Shown here piece by piece: positions 19,085 through 26,501 of a stretch of 37,804 bases of DNA (the first letter of the stretch is position 1; the number at the start of each line of letters is the position of its first letter). The stretch is from assembly GCA_024280785.1 (NCBI GenBank), contig JAJRPK010000236.1, forward strand, positions 1 through 37,804. Direction: 5' to 3'. The position numbers were made by a program, and so were the translations under genes. The notes under the pieces were generated by a model that saw nothing but the letters and a program-made list of their open reading frames with translations, ran no database searches and was not told the origin of the DNA. Origin of the DNA: Gammaproteobacteria bacterium. Lineage in GTDB: Bacteria; Pseudomonadota; Gammaproteobacteria; Pseudomonadales; UBA7434.

Positions 19085-20710
19085 ATGCTTAGACTTACCA
19101 ACATACAATTACCGCTGGACCATGGCGACGAAGACCTTCTTGAGTCGATTGTCGAGCGGCTCGGTATAGAGCAGGGCGATGTGGTCAAGATTAGCTTATT
19201 TAAACGCAGCCACGATGCGCGCAAAAAAGGCCGTATCAAATTAATTTATAGTTTAGATGTTGAGCTCTTTGAAGCTAAAGAAACGGCCGTTTTAAAACGT
19301 TTGGGTGGGAGTGACGCTGTCCGTATAAGTCCTAACACCCAATATCAGTTTGTCGCGAATGCCGCAGAGACTTTTCCTCAAGCTGAGCAGGATCGGCCGG
19401 TGGTGGTTGGTTTTGGCCCTTGTGGTATTTTGGCAGCGCTACTGCTGGCGCAAATGGGCTTAAAGCCCATTGTGCTTGAACGTGGTCAGGATGTCAGGCA
19501 GCGAACCAAAGATACTTGGGACTTTTGGCGTAACCGGGAGTTAAACCCGGCTTCTAATGTGCAATATGGCGAAGGAGGGGCGGGAACCTTTTCTGATGGC
19601 AAGCTCTATAGTCAGATTAAGGACCCCCATCATTATGGCCGCAAGGTGTTGCAAGAGTTTGTTAAAGCGGGTGCTCCCGAAGAAATATTGTACGTCAGCA
19701 AACCTCACATTGGCACGTTTAAGCTGGTTAAAATGGTCGAGGCTATGCGGGCTGATATTGTGGCGCTGGGTGGAGAAATTCGCTTCGGTCAACAGATGGA
19801 GAGCTTGCTGCTTGACCAGCAACAGGTTCGAGGTGTCCGCTTGTGTTCTGGCGAAGAGATCGCGACTCGCCATGTGATTATGGCTGTGGGACACAGCGCG
19901 CGTGACACCTTTGATTCCTTGTTAGATTCGGGCGTTTATATCGAGCCTAAACCGTTTTCAATTGGCTTTCGTATCGAACACCCGCAATCGCTTATCGACA
20001 AAGCGCGATTTGGCGGGCAAGCGGGCCATCCCCTTTTGGGCGCGGCGGATTATAAATTGGTTCACCATTGTGAAAATGGGCGCAGTGTTTACAGCTTTTG
20101 CATGTGCCCCGGTGGCACGGTCGTTGCCGCTGCTTCAGAACCCGGACGTTTGGTAACTAATGGTATGAGTCAATATTCGCGCAACGAGCACAACGCCAAT
20201 TCGGCGATTGTTGTGGGCATTGATCCTGAGCGGGATTACCCAGAGCATGTATTTGCGGGAATTGACTTACAGCGCCGGCTTGAAGAGCGTGCCTTTGTGT
20301 TGGGTGGAGAAAATTACAATGCACCGGCGCAGTTAGTGGGCGACTTTCTGGCGAGCAAGGCTTCGACAACAGCGGGAAGTGTTGAACCTTCATATCAACC
20401 GGGTGTCACTTGGGGTGATGTGAGTCAACTGCTACCCGCGTTTGCGGTTACTGCGATTCGCGAAGCGATTCCTGCTTTTAATAAAAAAATAAAAGGCTTT
20501 GCGATGAGTGACGCCGTACTCACGGCCATAGAAACCCGCACCTCCTCACCCATTTGTATTAAGCGTGATAAAGCGAGCTTGGCCAGTGTGAATACGGTGG
20601 GCTTGTACCCAGCGGGCGAAGGGGCCGGTTATGCGGGGGGTATTCTATCGGCCGGTGTGGACGGCATTAAAGTGGCCGAAGCTGTGGCTAAAGATTTGCT
20701 TGGCATTTAA
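19085..20710 (+). CDS. FAD-dependent protein of the COG2509 type (uncharacterised FAD-dependent dehydrogenase)
   Basis: 541 aa. The N-terminal MLRLTNIQLPLDH...EDLLESIVERLGI is the typical small N-domain, followed by the dinucleotide-binding motif VVVGFGPCGILAAL and C-terminal GLYPAGEGAGYAGGI. Confidence 0.8.
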   Translation: MLRLTNIQLPLDHGDEDLLESIVERLGIEQGDVVKISLFKRSHDARKKGRIKLIYSLDVELFEAKETAVLKRLGGSDAVRISPNTQYQFVANAAETFPQAEQDRPVVVGFGPCGILAALLLAQMGLKPIVLERGQDVRQRTKDTWDFWRNRELNPASNVQYGEGGAGTFSDGKLYSQIKDPHHYGRKVLQEFVKAGAPEEILYVSKPHIGTFKLVKMVEAMRADIVALGGEIRFGQQMESLLLDQQQVRGVRLCSGEEIATRHVIMAVGHSARDTFDSLLDSGVYIEPKPFSIGFRIEHPQSLIDKARFGGQAGHPLLGAADYKLVHHCENGRSVYSFCMCPGGTVVAAASEPGRLVTNGMSQYSRNEHNANSAIVVGIDPERDYPEHVFAGIDLQRRLEERAFVLGGENYNAPAQLVGDFLASKASTTAGSVEPSYQPGVTWGDVSQLLPAFAVTAIREAIPAFNKKIKGFAMSDAVLTAIETRTSSPICIKRDKASLASVNTVGLYPAGEGAGYAGGILSAGVDGIKVAEAVAKDLLGI

Positions 20711-20757
20711 CCCTTAAGATATGTTGGGACATCTGGGGAGCGTCCATTATGTCCCGT

Positions 20758-20946
20758 TCAATTTTGCTTCTCTTCATCGACAGCTCTAAACAGAAGAGGG
20801 GTTTCACTCAAAACAGCGAAGTGGTCGAGGAGGGCATCATAGTATTTGTCGGCTTGGGCCTCACCCCATTGGGTGTAGCCGTCTTCATAAAGACTATCGA
20901 GGTCTTGATCTGCTTCGGTGGATATAACCAGTCGAAATTTAGGCAT
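20758..20946 (-). pseudogene. parE: ParE-family toxin remnant (only about the N-terminal two thirds remains)
   Basis: MPKFRLVISTEADQDLDSLYEDGYTQWGEAQADKYYDALLDHFAVLSETPLLFRAV matches the ParE N-terminal helical hairpin, but the ORF stops at 62 aa and no frame continues the beta-sheet core. The start overlaps the parD stop by 8 nt. Confidence 0.65.
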
Positions 20947-21184
20947 TGCCGCCCAATCGCTTTTTGGTATCCTGACGGATTTTCTCAGGACTGCGGCCAC
21001 TAAATCCACTTTGTTCGGCGCGAATGAGCTTTGCTCGGAGTAGATCCAGTTCTCCTTGTTCTTTTCTGGCCTTGCGAATTAAGTCATTCACCACATCGCT
21101 TTTGGTGCTGTATTCCTGACTATCGACTTGGGCTTTCAGCCAGTCGTCATTCGGTGGGGTGAAAGTGACACTTTGGCGTGACAT
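20939..21184 (-). CDS. parD: ParD-type (ribbon-helix-helix, COG3609) antitoxin
   Basis: 81 aa. The N-terminal RHH segment SVTFTPPNDDWLKAQVDSQEYSTKSDVVNDLIRKA is followed by a helical tail. AAGGAG lies 9 nt upstream of the ATG. Confidence 0.8.
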   Translation of the reverse strand: MSRQSVTFTPPNDDWLKAQVDSQEYSTKSDVVNDLIRKARKEQGELDLLRAKLIRAEQSGFSGRSPEKIRQDTKKRLGGNA

Positions 21185-21207
21185 GAAGGGAGTCTCCTTG
21201 GGTAATT

Positions 21208-21237
21208 AACCTATGCACCATATTTGCACCTTGTCAA
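21208..21237 (-). promoter_or_regulatory. Putative parD promoter with direct-repeat operator
   Basis: On the minus strand: TTGACA (21237-21232), an 18-nt spacer, then TAGGTT (21213-21208). The spacer holds two GGTGCA direct repeats 11 bp apart (plus-strand TGCACC at 21214-21219 and 21225-21230). Confidence 0.4.
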
Positions 21238-21372
21238 TAAATAAACAATATGCTACATGAAATTTAGACCACACCCTACATTTCATACTTTCAACAGTAT
21301 TATTAGCGCGTGAAATGTAGGCCGGAGAACACCATTTTTTCGGGAGACCCTATTTTTCCTACTTAGATGGTA

Positions 21373-21414
21373 TTGACGTATCCATATATATCCATTAATC
21401 TAGATATATGGATA
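21373..21414 (+). promoter_or_regulatory. Putative arsR promoter plus palindromic ArsR operator overlapping the start codon
   Basis: TTGACG (21373-21378), 17-nt spacer, TAATCT (21396-21401). An 11-bp inverted repeat TATCCATATAT (21379-21389) / ATATATGGATA (21404-21414) brackets the -10 and includes the arsR ATG (21408). Confidence 0.5.
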
Positions 21415-21788
21415 TAAAAGAAGCTATTCCGCTATTTGACGCCTTGTCTCAAGAAACCAGACTAAGGGCTTTTCGGCTATTGGTGCAGGCTGGTCAGCAG
21501 GGATTGCCTGCCGGAGAGCTGAGCGAAAAGCTCGGAACACCGCAAAACACACTGTCGTTCCACCTCAGCCATCTTTCAAATGCGGGAATTATTCGTTCCC
21601 GCCGTGAAGGGAGATCAATCATTTACTCAGCGAACTACGATGTGATGCACGGGTTAATCAGCTTTATGGTGAAAGATTGTTGCAGTGAAGATTTAGCCAG
21701 TATCCATGAAGACAAGAGCAACGGCTGCTCAATCATCGAGCTAGCCGATTGCTGTGATTTGATAGATAAACGAGAGGAAAAAAGATGA
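21408..21788 (+). CDS. arsR: ArsR/SmtB-family metalloregulator
   Basis: The wHTH core LFDALSQETRLRAFRLL...LSEKLGTPQNTLSFHLSHLSNAGII is present, with a Cys-rich C-terminus (DCCSED, NGC, DCCD). Its stop overlaps the arsI start (ATGA). Confidence 0.88.
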   Translation: MDIKEAIPLFDALSQETRLRAFRLLVQAGQQGLPAGELSEKLGTPQNTLSFHLSHLSNAGIIRSRREGRSIIYSANYDVMHGLISFMVKDCCSEDLASIHEDKSNGCSIIELADCCDLIDKREEKR

Positions 21789-22177
21789 AACGTTTGCATA
21801 TCCATGTTGGTGTTGATCGCCTCGATCAATCCATAGCATTTTACAGCGCTTTATTTGGCGCGCAGCCTTCCAAGACGAAAGAAGATTACGCAAAGTGGTT
21901 GCTGGACGATCCGAGTATCAATTTTGCGATTTCGACTAGGGGCGGTAAAACGGGTATTGACCACCTAGGAATTCAAGTCGACGAAGGCCACGAATTAGCT
22001 GATCTTCGAGAGCGATTGAAAGATGCCGATTTATCCCTATTTGATGAAGGTCAAGCCGTGTGTTGTTACGCGCGATCAGACAAGTCTTGGGTCGAAGACC
22101 CCACAGGTCTTGCATGGGAAGCTTACAAGACAATGGAAGATGCCCAATTTTTTAGCGGTGATGCAGACAACAAATAA
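21785..22177 (+). CDS. arsI: ArsI/CadI-family VOC (glyoxalase-fold) metalloenzyme, probable organoarsenical C-As lyase
   Basis: MKRLHIHVGV...SIAFYSALFGAQP, IDHLGIQV, and the vicinal cysteine pair in AVCCYARSDKSWVEDP that characterises ArsI. It sits inside an ars operon. Confidence 0.8.
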   Translation: MKRLHIHVGVDRLDQSIAFYSALFGAQPSKTKEDYAKWLLDDPSINFAISTRGGKTGIDHLGIQVDEGHELADLRERLKDADLSLFDEGQAVCCYARSDKSWVEDPTGLAWEAYKTMEDAQFFSGDADNK

Positions 22178-22254
22178 GGGGCTTGCTGTGTGCCAGAAAG
22201 TAGCGCTGTAAAATCAGGTAGCCTAGCCGAAAAATCGAGCGGGTGCTGTGGGTG

Positions 22255-22665
22255 ATGAAATCAATCCTTATATTGTGTACGGGAAACTCTTGCCGCTCTG
22301 TCATGGCAGAAGCGCTCGTTAATTATCTAGGCTCTGGGGAATACAAGGCTGTGAGCGCAGGAAGCAATCCAGCAGGGTACGTACATCCAAAGTCACTAGA
22401 AACATTGCAAAAGCACGGTATAGCAATGAGCAATCCACGCAGTAAATCGTGGGATGAGTTTGCCGACCGGCACTTTGATACGGTGATTACCGTCTGTGAT
22501 CAGGCTGCAAGTGAGAGCTGTCCACTTTTCCTAGGGGATTACGAAAAGCTGCATTGGAGTACTCCTGACCCAGCTAAAGTTGAAGGCAGCGAAGAAGACA
22601 TAGACACCGCGTTTGAAGAGGCTTTTCAAATACTCAAGAAACGCATAGAGAAAGAACTGTTATGA
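22255..22665 (+). CDS. arsC: Arsenate reductase, LMW-PTPase type
   Basis: P-loop CTGNSCRS in [17 protein letters not shown] and a downstream Cys pair in [12 protein letters not shown] prefer the ATG at 22255 (MKSIL...) to the GTG at 22243. Its stop overlaps the acr3 start (ATGA). Confidence 0.88.
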   Translation: MKSILILCTGNSCRSVMAEALVNYLGSGEYKAVSAGSNPAGYVHPKSLETLQKHGIAMSNPRSKSWDEFADRHFDTVITVCDQAASESCPLFLGDYEKLHWSTPDPAKVEGSEEDIDTAFEEAFQILKKRIEKELL

Positions 22666-23705
22666 CCGCTGAAAATACATCGCCTATGGGATTATTTGAG
22701 CGCTACTTATCGCTATGGGTGGCATTGTGTATTGCTGCGGGTGTAGGGCTGGGCATTATGGTGCCTGACCTATTCAATATGATTGCTGGCATCGAGTACG
22801 CTAGCGTTAATCTTGTCGTTGCTGTTTTTATTTGGGTGATGATTTACCCAATGATGGTGAATGTTGATTTTGCCTCTTTGAAAGATGTTGGGAAAAAACC
22901 CAAGGGACTATGCATCACTCTAGTGGTTAACTGGCTGATTAAGCCCTTTACCATGGCCGCGCTCGGCATACTCTTTTTTGAGCATGTTTTTGCAGGGTTT
23001 GTAGAGCCTGAGACTGCAAAAGAATACATCGCCGGAATGATCTTACTCGGCGTAGCTCCCTGTACAGCGATGGTCTTTGTTTGGAGCCAGCTAGTGCGTG
23101 GGGATGCGAATTACACACTGGTCCAGGTTTCCATCAATGACATTATTATGGTGTTTGCTTTTGCCCCTATTACCGCGTTCCTACTAGGGGTCACAAATAT
23201 TATTGTCCCGTGGGAAACGCTGTTACTTTCTGTCGTTCTCTACGTGGTTGTTCCGCTTGCGGCTGGGTATATAACCCGCAGAGTACTGGATGATTCAGGC
23301 GATCATGAACGCATAGCTAACTTCACCGGAAAAATAAAACCAATTTCTGTAATGGGACTTTTGGCAACCGTGATTTTACTGTTCGGATTTCAGGCGCAAA
23401 CCATTATTGATAAACCCGTGGTGATAGCGTTGATCGCTATTCCGCTTCTTATCCAAAGCTACGGCATTTTCGTCATTGCCTACGGTTGGGCGTATTTATG
23501 GCGGGTGCCGTTCAGCATAGCGGCTCCTGCTGCGCTGATAGGGACTTCCAATTTCTTTGAATTGGCCGTTGCCGTAGCTATTAGTCTGTTTGGTTTAAAT
23601 TCTGGCGCGGCTCTTGCCACGGTTGTTGGTGTGCTCGTTGAAGTCCCGGTTATGCTGGCTATGGTAGCTATTGCCAATAGGACACGGTATCGTTTTATAG
23701 AGTGA
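22662..23705 (+). CDS. acr3: ACR3-family arsenite efflux transporter
   Basis: 347 aa with about 10 TM segments, the conserved [11 protein letters not shown] motif, and an N-terminal FERYLSLWV typical of ACR3. Confidence 0.9.
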   Translation: MTAENTSPMGLFERYLSLWVALCIAAGVGLGIMVPDLFNMIAGIEYASVNLVVAVFIWVMIYPMMVNVDFASLKDVGKKPKGLCITLVVNWLIKPFTMAALGILFFEHVFAGFVEPETAKEYIAGMILLGVAPCTAMVFVWSQLVRGDANYTLVQVSINDIIMVFAFAPITAFLLGVTNIIVPWETLLLSVVLYVVVPLAAGYITRRVLDDSGDHERIANFTGKIKPISVMGLLATVILLFGFQAQTIIDKPVVIALIAIPLLIQSYGIFVIAYGWAYLWRVPFSIAAPAALIGTSNFFELAVAVAISLFGLNSGAALATVVGVLVEVPVMLAMVAIANRTRYRFIE

Positions 23706-23719
23706 TAATTGTTAGTATG

Positions 23720-23748
23720 AAAAACCCGCCGTAAAAAGCGGGTTTTTG
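23720..23748 (+). terminator. Rho-independent terminator after acr3 (potentially bidirectional)
   Basis: AAAAACCCGC-cgtaaaaa-GCGGGTTTTT: a GC stem at 23725-23729 / 23738-23742 with a flanking A-run and T-run, 15 nt after the stop codon. Confidence 0.8.
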
Positions 23749-23825
23749 CTATATATAGCTGATGACTAACGAATATGATAATGTTATTGCAAGTTAGAGA
23801 TGTCCTGCCTTAAAAAAGTTAGACG

Positions 23826-23887
23826 AATACGCTGGGAATACGCTGGGAGAATACGCTGGGACACTCATAATACGCTGGGACACTCAT
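23826..23887. repeat. Direct-repeat array, core AATACGCTGGG x4 (the last two copies extend to a 19-bp unit AATACGCTGGGACACTCAT)
   Basis: Core copies at 23826-23836, 23837-23847, 23850-23860 and 23869-23879. A hairpin follows: CTCATCG (23883-23889) / CGATGAG (23903-23909). Confidence 0.9.
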
Positions 23888-24069
23888 CGCATTAATCAGA
23901 GCCGATGAGAGTAGAAAGCTCAGGTATGAAATGGCTCGCTTAAGGTGATTCTACAAGAAAATAATAAAAAGTATGACGAATGGAAGGAATTGTTTAATTT
24001 CGGCTTATTCCAAGATAGCAGAAATCTCCAAAGCTATTCTCTGGATTTGTAAATAATGTATTGTATGAA

Positions 24070-25038
24070 TTAGGCCGCTAAGAGTGTTGTCTTATCAGCG
24101 ACAAAGCGTTGTCTGCGCACGCTCTCAAAGTCCGTTGCGCCAGATAACCATTTTTTCTTATTAATATTTAGCCGTTTTAAAATGGGTGGGAGTTGTGAAC
24201 CAATGGCTCCCCGTTTATCGGCCCGTATGACTCGCCCTGTCCAATCCACCAATTCGAGATAGTCGACCAAAGTAAACGGAATACCGGATTGATCTTGGTT
24301 TGTTGTGGCCTCATTAAACGACAATAAGGGTTTTAACTCGGTATTAAACGACTGGAAAAACCCTTGCCCCGTTAAGTTTTCAATGGCTTTAGCCAAATCA
24401 AACTGAGGTTTGATTCGCTCCTGAATACTGGTGTAGTCAGATGATTCGGGGGTTTCTGCCATCTTGGCTCTGATAGGGTTTAAATCAACATAAGCCATAC
24501 AAGAGAGTAAAGCCTCTTCGGTGAGTAAGGGGTCAGAGGTATAGCGTTGTTCAAAGAAACGGCCTTTGCAGCGATCCTCTTTGTTAGCCCGCCGAGAAAT
24601 AGGTTGGTTGAGGTATTTCATAAAGCAACTGATATCGGCGAGACTTTTTCTAAAGTGGTTCACTTGTTGAGAAACGAACTCACGCTGAAGCGGGGATAAC
24701 GGAGAACCGCTAGCATAATCTCGCACGAGTGGGTGACCCTTGAACACCGTCAACCACCGCTGTATCACCTCGTGGTTACCCAACGCCTCAATCTGTTCAG
24801 GCGATATTTTCACCACCAGATGGTAGTGATTAGACATCACCGCGTAAGCACAGATATCGATAGCAAAGACACTTGCTAATAGCCTTATTCGTTCAACGAT
24901 CCACTGCCGTCGATGTTCGTAATCGGTATGGGTTTCGTGATCATAGCCGCAGAGAAAAGAGCGTCTAACGCAGCGAGTTGTGATGTGGTAATAGGGTGTA
25001 TCTGAAAGAGAAATGAGATCCTTTCTAGCTTTTGTCAT
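24070..25038 (-). CDS. HUH/Y1 transposase-like protein (IS200/IS605 TnpA / REP-associated RAYT-like, long 322-aa form)
   Basis: YHITTRCVRRSFL, the HUH motif in MSNHYHLVV, and a Tyr motif in AYVDLNPIRAKM. No TnpB/accessory ORF is adjacent. Confidence 0.75.
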   Translation of the reverse strand: MTKARKDLISLSDTPYYHITTRCVRRSFLCGYDHETHTDYEHRRQWIVERIRLLASVFAIDICAYAVMSNHYHLVVKISPEQIEALGNHEVIQRWLTVFKGHPLVRDYASGSPLSPLQREFVSQQVNHFRKSLADISCFMKYLNQPISRRANKEDRCKGRFFEQRYTSDPLLTEEALLSCMAYVDLNPIRAKMAETPESSDYTSIQERIKPQFDLAKAIENLTGQGFFQSFNTELKPLLSFNEATTNQDQSGIPFTLVDYLELVDWTGRVIRADKRGAIGSQLPPILKRLNINKKKWLSGATDFESVRRQRFVADKTTLLAA

Positions 25039-25207
25039 GATGAAATCCTTTCATCGCTGGAGATAAGTGATTGAAATCTTAGTGCTGCCGGTGGATGATG
25101 TCAATCTAAAAGCGAGTGTTCCGTTCAATTTGTTTGTTTATTGCTAAGCTCACATTAGGCGGTCAAATGTCAAACGATGAATGTTTGAATGATATGAGGT
25201 GTCAACA

Positions 25208-25969
25208 ATGGATTATCTAAGTATTGAAGAAGGTCGCAAAGCCGATGGGCTTAGGTTGGTTTTAGTTGCTGGAACTCCAGGTGCATGGGGTGAATGTATT
25301 AAGGCCGTGTATAAGGTAAAAGGCATCAGCTACAAGGCTGTAGCGCAGCTTATGGAAAAAACAGTTGACGATTTGTGGCAGTGGACGGGCCAGACTAGTG
25401 CTCCCGTAGCGGCATACAATGATGAGCGCATTCGTGTGACTTGGGAAAATATGCTTTGGCAAGCCGAACAACTTGAACCTGAGCCCAAACTAATCCCTGC
25501 TAATGTTCATGATCGCGTTTTGATGTTTGGTATGTTACGTGAGCTGGCAGGAGAGTGTGGTTTTGCCTGGGATAGACGCTTACATTCGATTGCTATGTCA
25601 GGTGGTCCTGAAGCAAATCCTGTTCTTTCTTATTTAGCAGAAAAATACGGTTATAGTGAAAGCGAAGTTGAGGCTTCTTACTTGCGCACAGCTGACTTGT
25701 TAGCGCTTTTTTCTGAGCGACTGGAACAGCAACATAAGGCAGGTTCCCGTTATTATATCGGTGATTCACTGACCGCTTTAGATTTGTATGCTACTGTTTT
25801 GTTCGCGATTATGATTAAGCCGTTGCCGCATGAAGATATACCTATGCCAGAAGGTATGCGTTGGGGGTTTTCACAATCGCACCCATGCCTTGAAACGGCG
25901 AGCCCTGTTTTATTTGAACATCGCGATTATATTTTCGACAAGTATTTAACCTTACCGTTAGATTTTTAG
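25208..25969 (+). CDS. GST-like fold protein of unknown function
   Basis: The N-terminus is thioredoxin-like (LVLVAGTPGAWGECIKAVYKVKGISYKAV, APVAAYNDERIRVTWENMLWQAEQL) and the C-terminal domain is helical (YIGDSLTALDLYATVLF). The ATG at 25208 is preceded by TGAGGTG. Confidence 0.5.
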   Translation: MDYLSIEEGRKADGLRLVLVAGTPGAWGECIKAVYKVKGISYKAVAQLMEKTVDDLWQWTGQTSAPVAAYNDERIRVTWENMLWQAEQLEPEPKLIPANVHDRVLMFGMLRELAGECGFAWDRRLHSIAMSGGPEANPVLSYLAEKYGYSESEVEASYLRTADLLALFSERLEQQHKAGSRYYIGDSLTALDLYATVLFAIMIKPLPHEDIPMPEGMRWGFSQSHPCLETASPVLFEHRDYIFDKYLTLPLDF

Positions 25970-25972
25970 TCG

Positions 25973-26356
25973 ATGAAAGATTGCAACCAATGCGGAAAAT
26001 GTTGTGTTAATTACAGTGACGGTGGCCTACACGCTACAGCGAGTGAAATAGAATATTGGGAGATTTTTAGGCCCGCCATATATAAGTATGTTAGTGAAGG
26101 AAAAATTTGGATAAACCCGAACACGGGCAAACAAATGAAGCGGTGCCCGTGGTTGCGGCAATTGCCAAATCAAGATAAGTATACCTGTGATATATATTAT
26201 GACCGTCCTGATGACTGCAAACAGTACCCCATTGATATCAGTCAAATGGTAAAAGATGGGTGCGAAATGCTAGAAGTTCAAGATTTGGCAAAACCAAAAC
26301 AAGCCCAGAAATCTTTAGACAAACTCATGCTCGATAGTAGGCCGTCGCTGCCTTAA
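25973..26356 (+). CDS. YkgJ-family cysteine-cluster protein (UPF0153)
   Basis: CNQCGKCC at the N-terminus, with further Cys in RCPWL, YTCDIY and DDCKQYP. Starts 3 nt after the preceding stop. Confidence 0.7.
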   Translation: MKDCNQCGKCCVNYSDGGLHATASEIEYWEIFRPAIYKYVSEGKIWINPNTGKQMKRCPWLRQLPNQDKYTCDIYYDRPDDCKQYPIDISQMVKDGCEMLEVQDLAKPKQAQKSLDKLMLDSRPSLP

Positions 26357-26501
26357 GGAAATAAATGCGGGGCTGGCCAATGTATAAAAGGCGCGGAGTT
26401 AAACACACTAGCTAAGAACATAATCGAAAGACGATGCAATGGAGCTCCGGCGCCGATGTGTCTCTACCAGCTTGCAAAAGGCTAAACCAAGGGCCAAGAG
26501 G

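Noticed and set aside
20726-20755. Inverted repeat GGGACAT-N16-ATGTCCC between the COG2509 gene and the parE remnant, considered as a shared terminator.
   Set aside because: The stem is short, the loop is long, and there is no T-run on either strand. It may only mark the deletion scar of parE.
20749-21003. 84-aa plus-strand ORF opposite parE/parD.
   Set aside because: It is antisense to two ORFs with clear ParE/ParD-type sequence. It has no RBS and its hydrophobic content is consistent with a shadow frame.
23826-23887. Tandem repeats as CRISPR arrays (also 14209-14256, 18926-18958).
   Set aside because: The units are only 11-14 bp and directly abut one another with no spacers. No cas genes are present.
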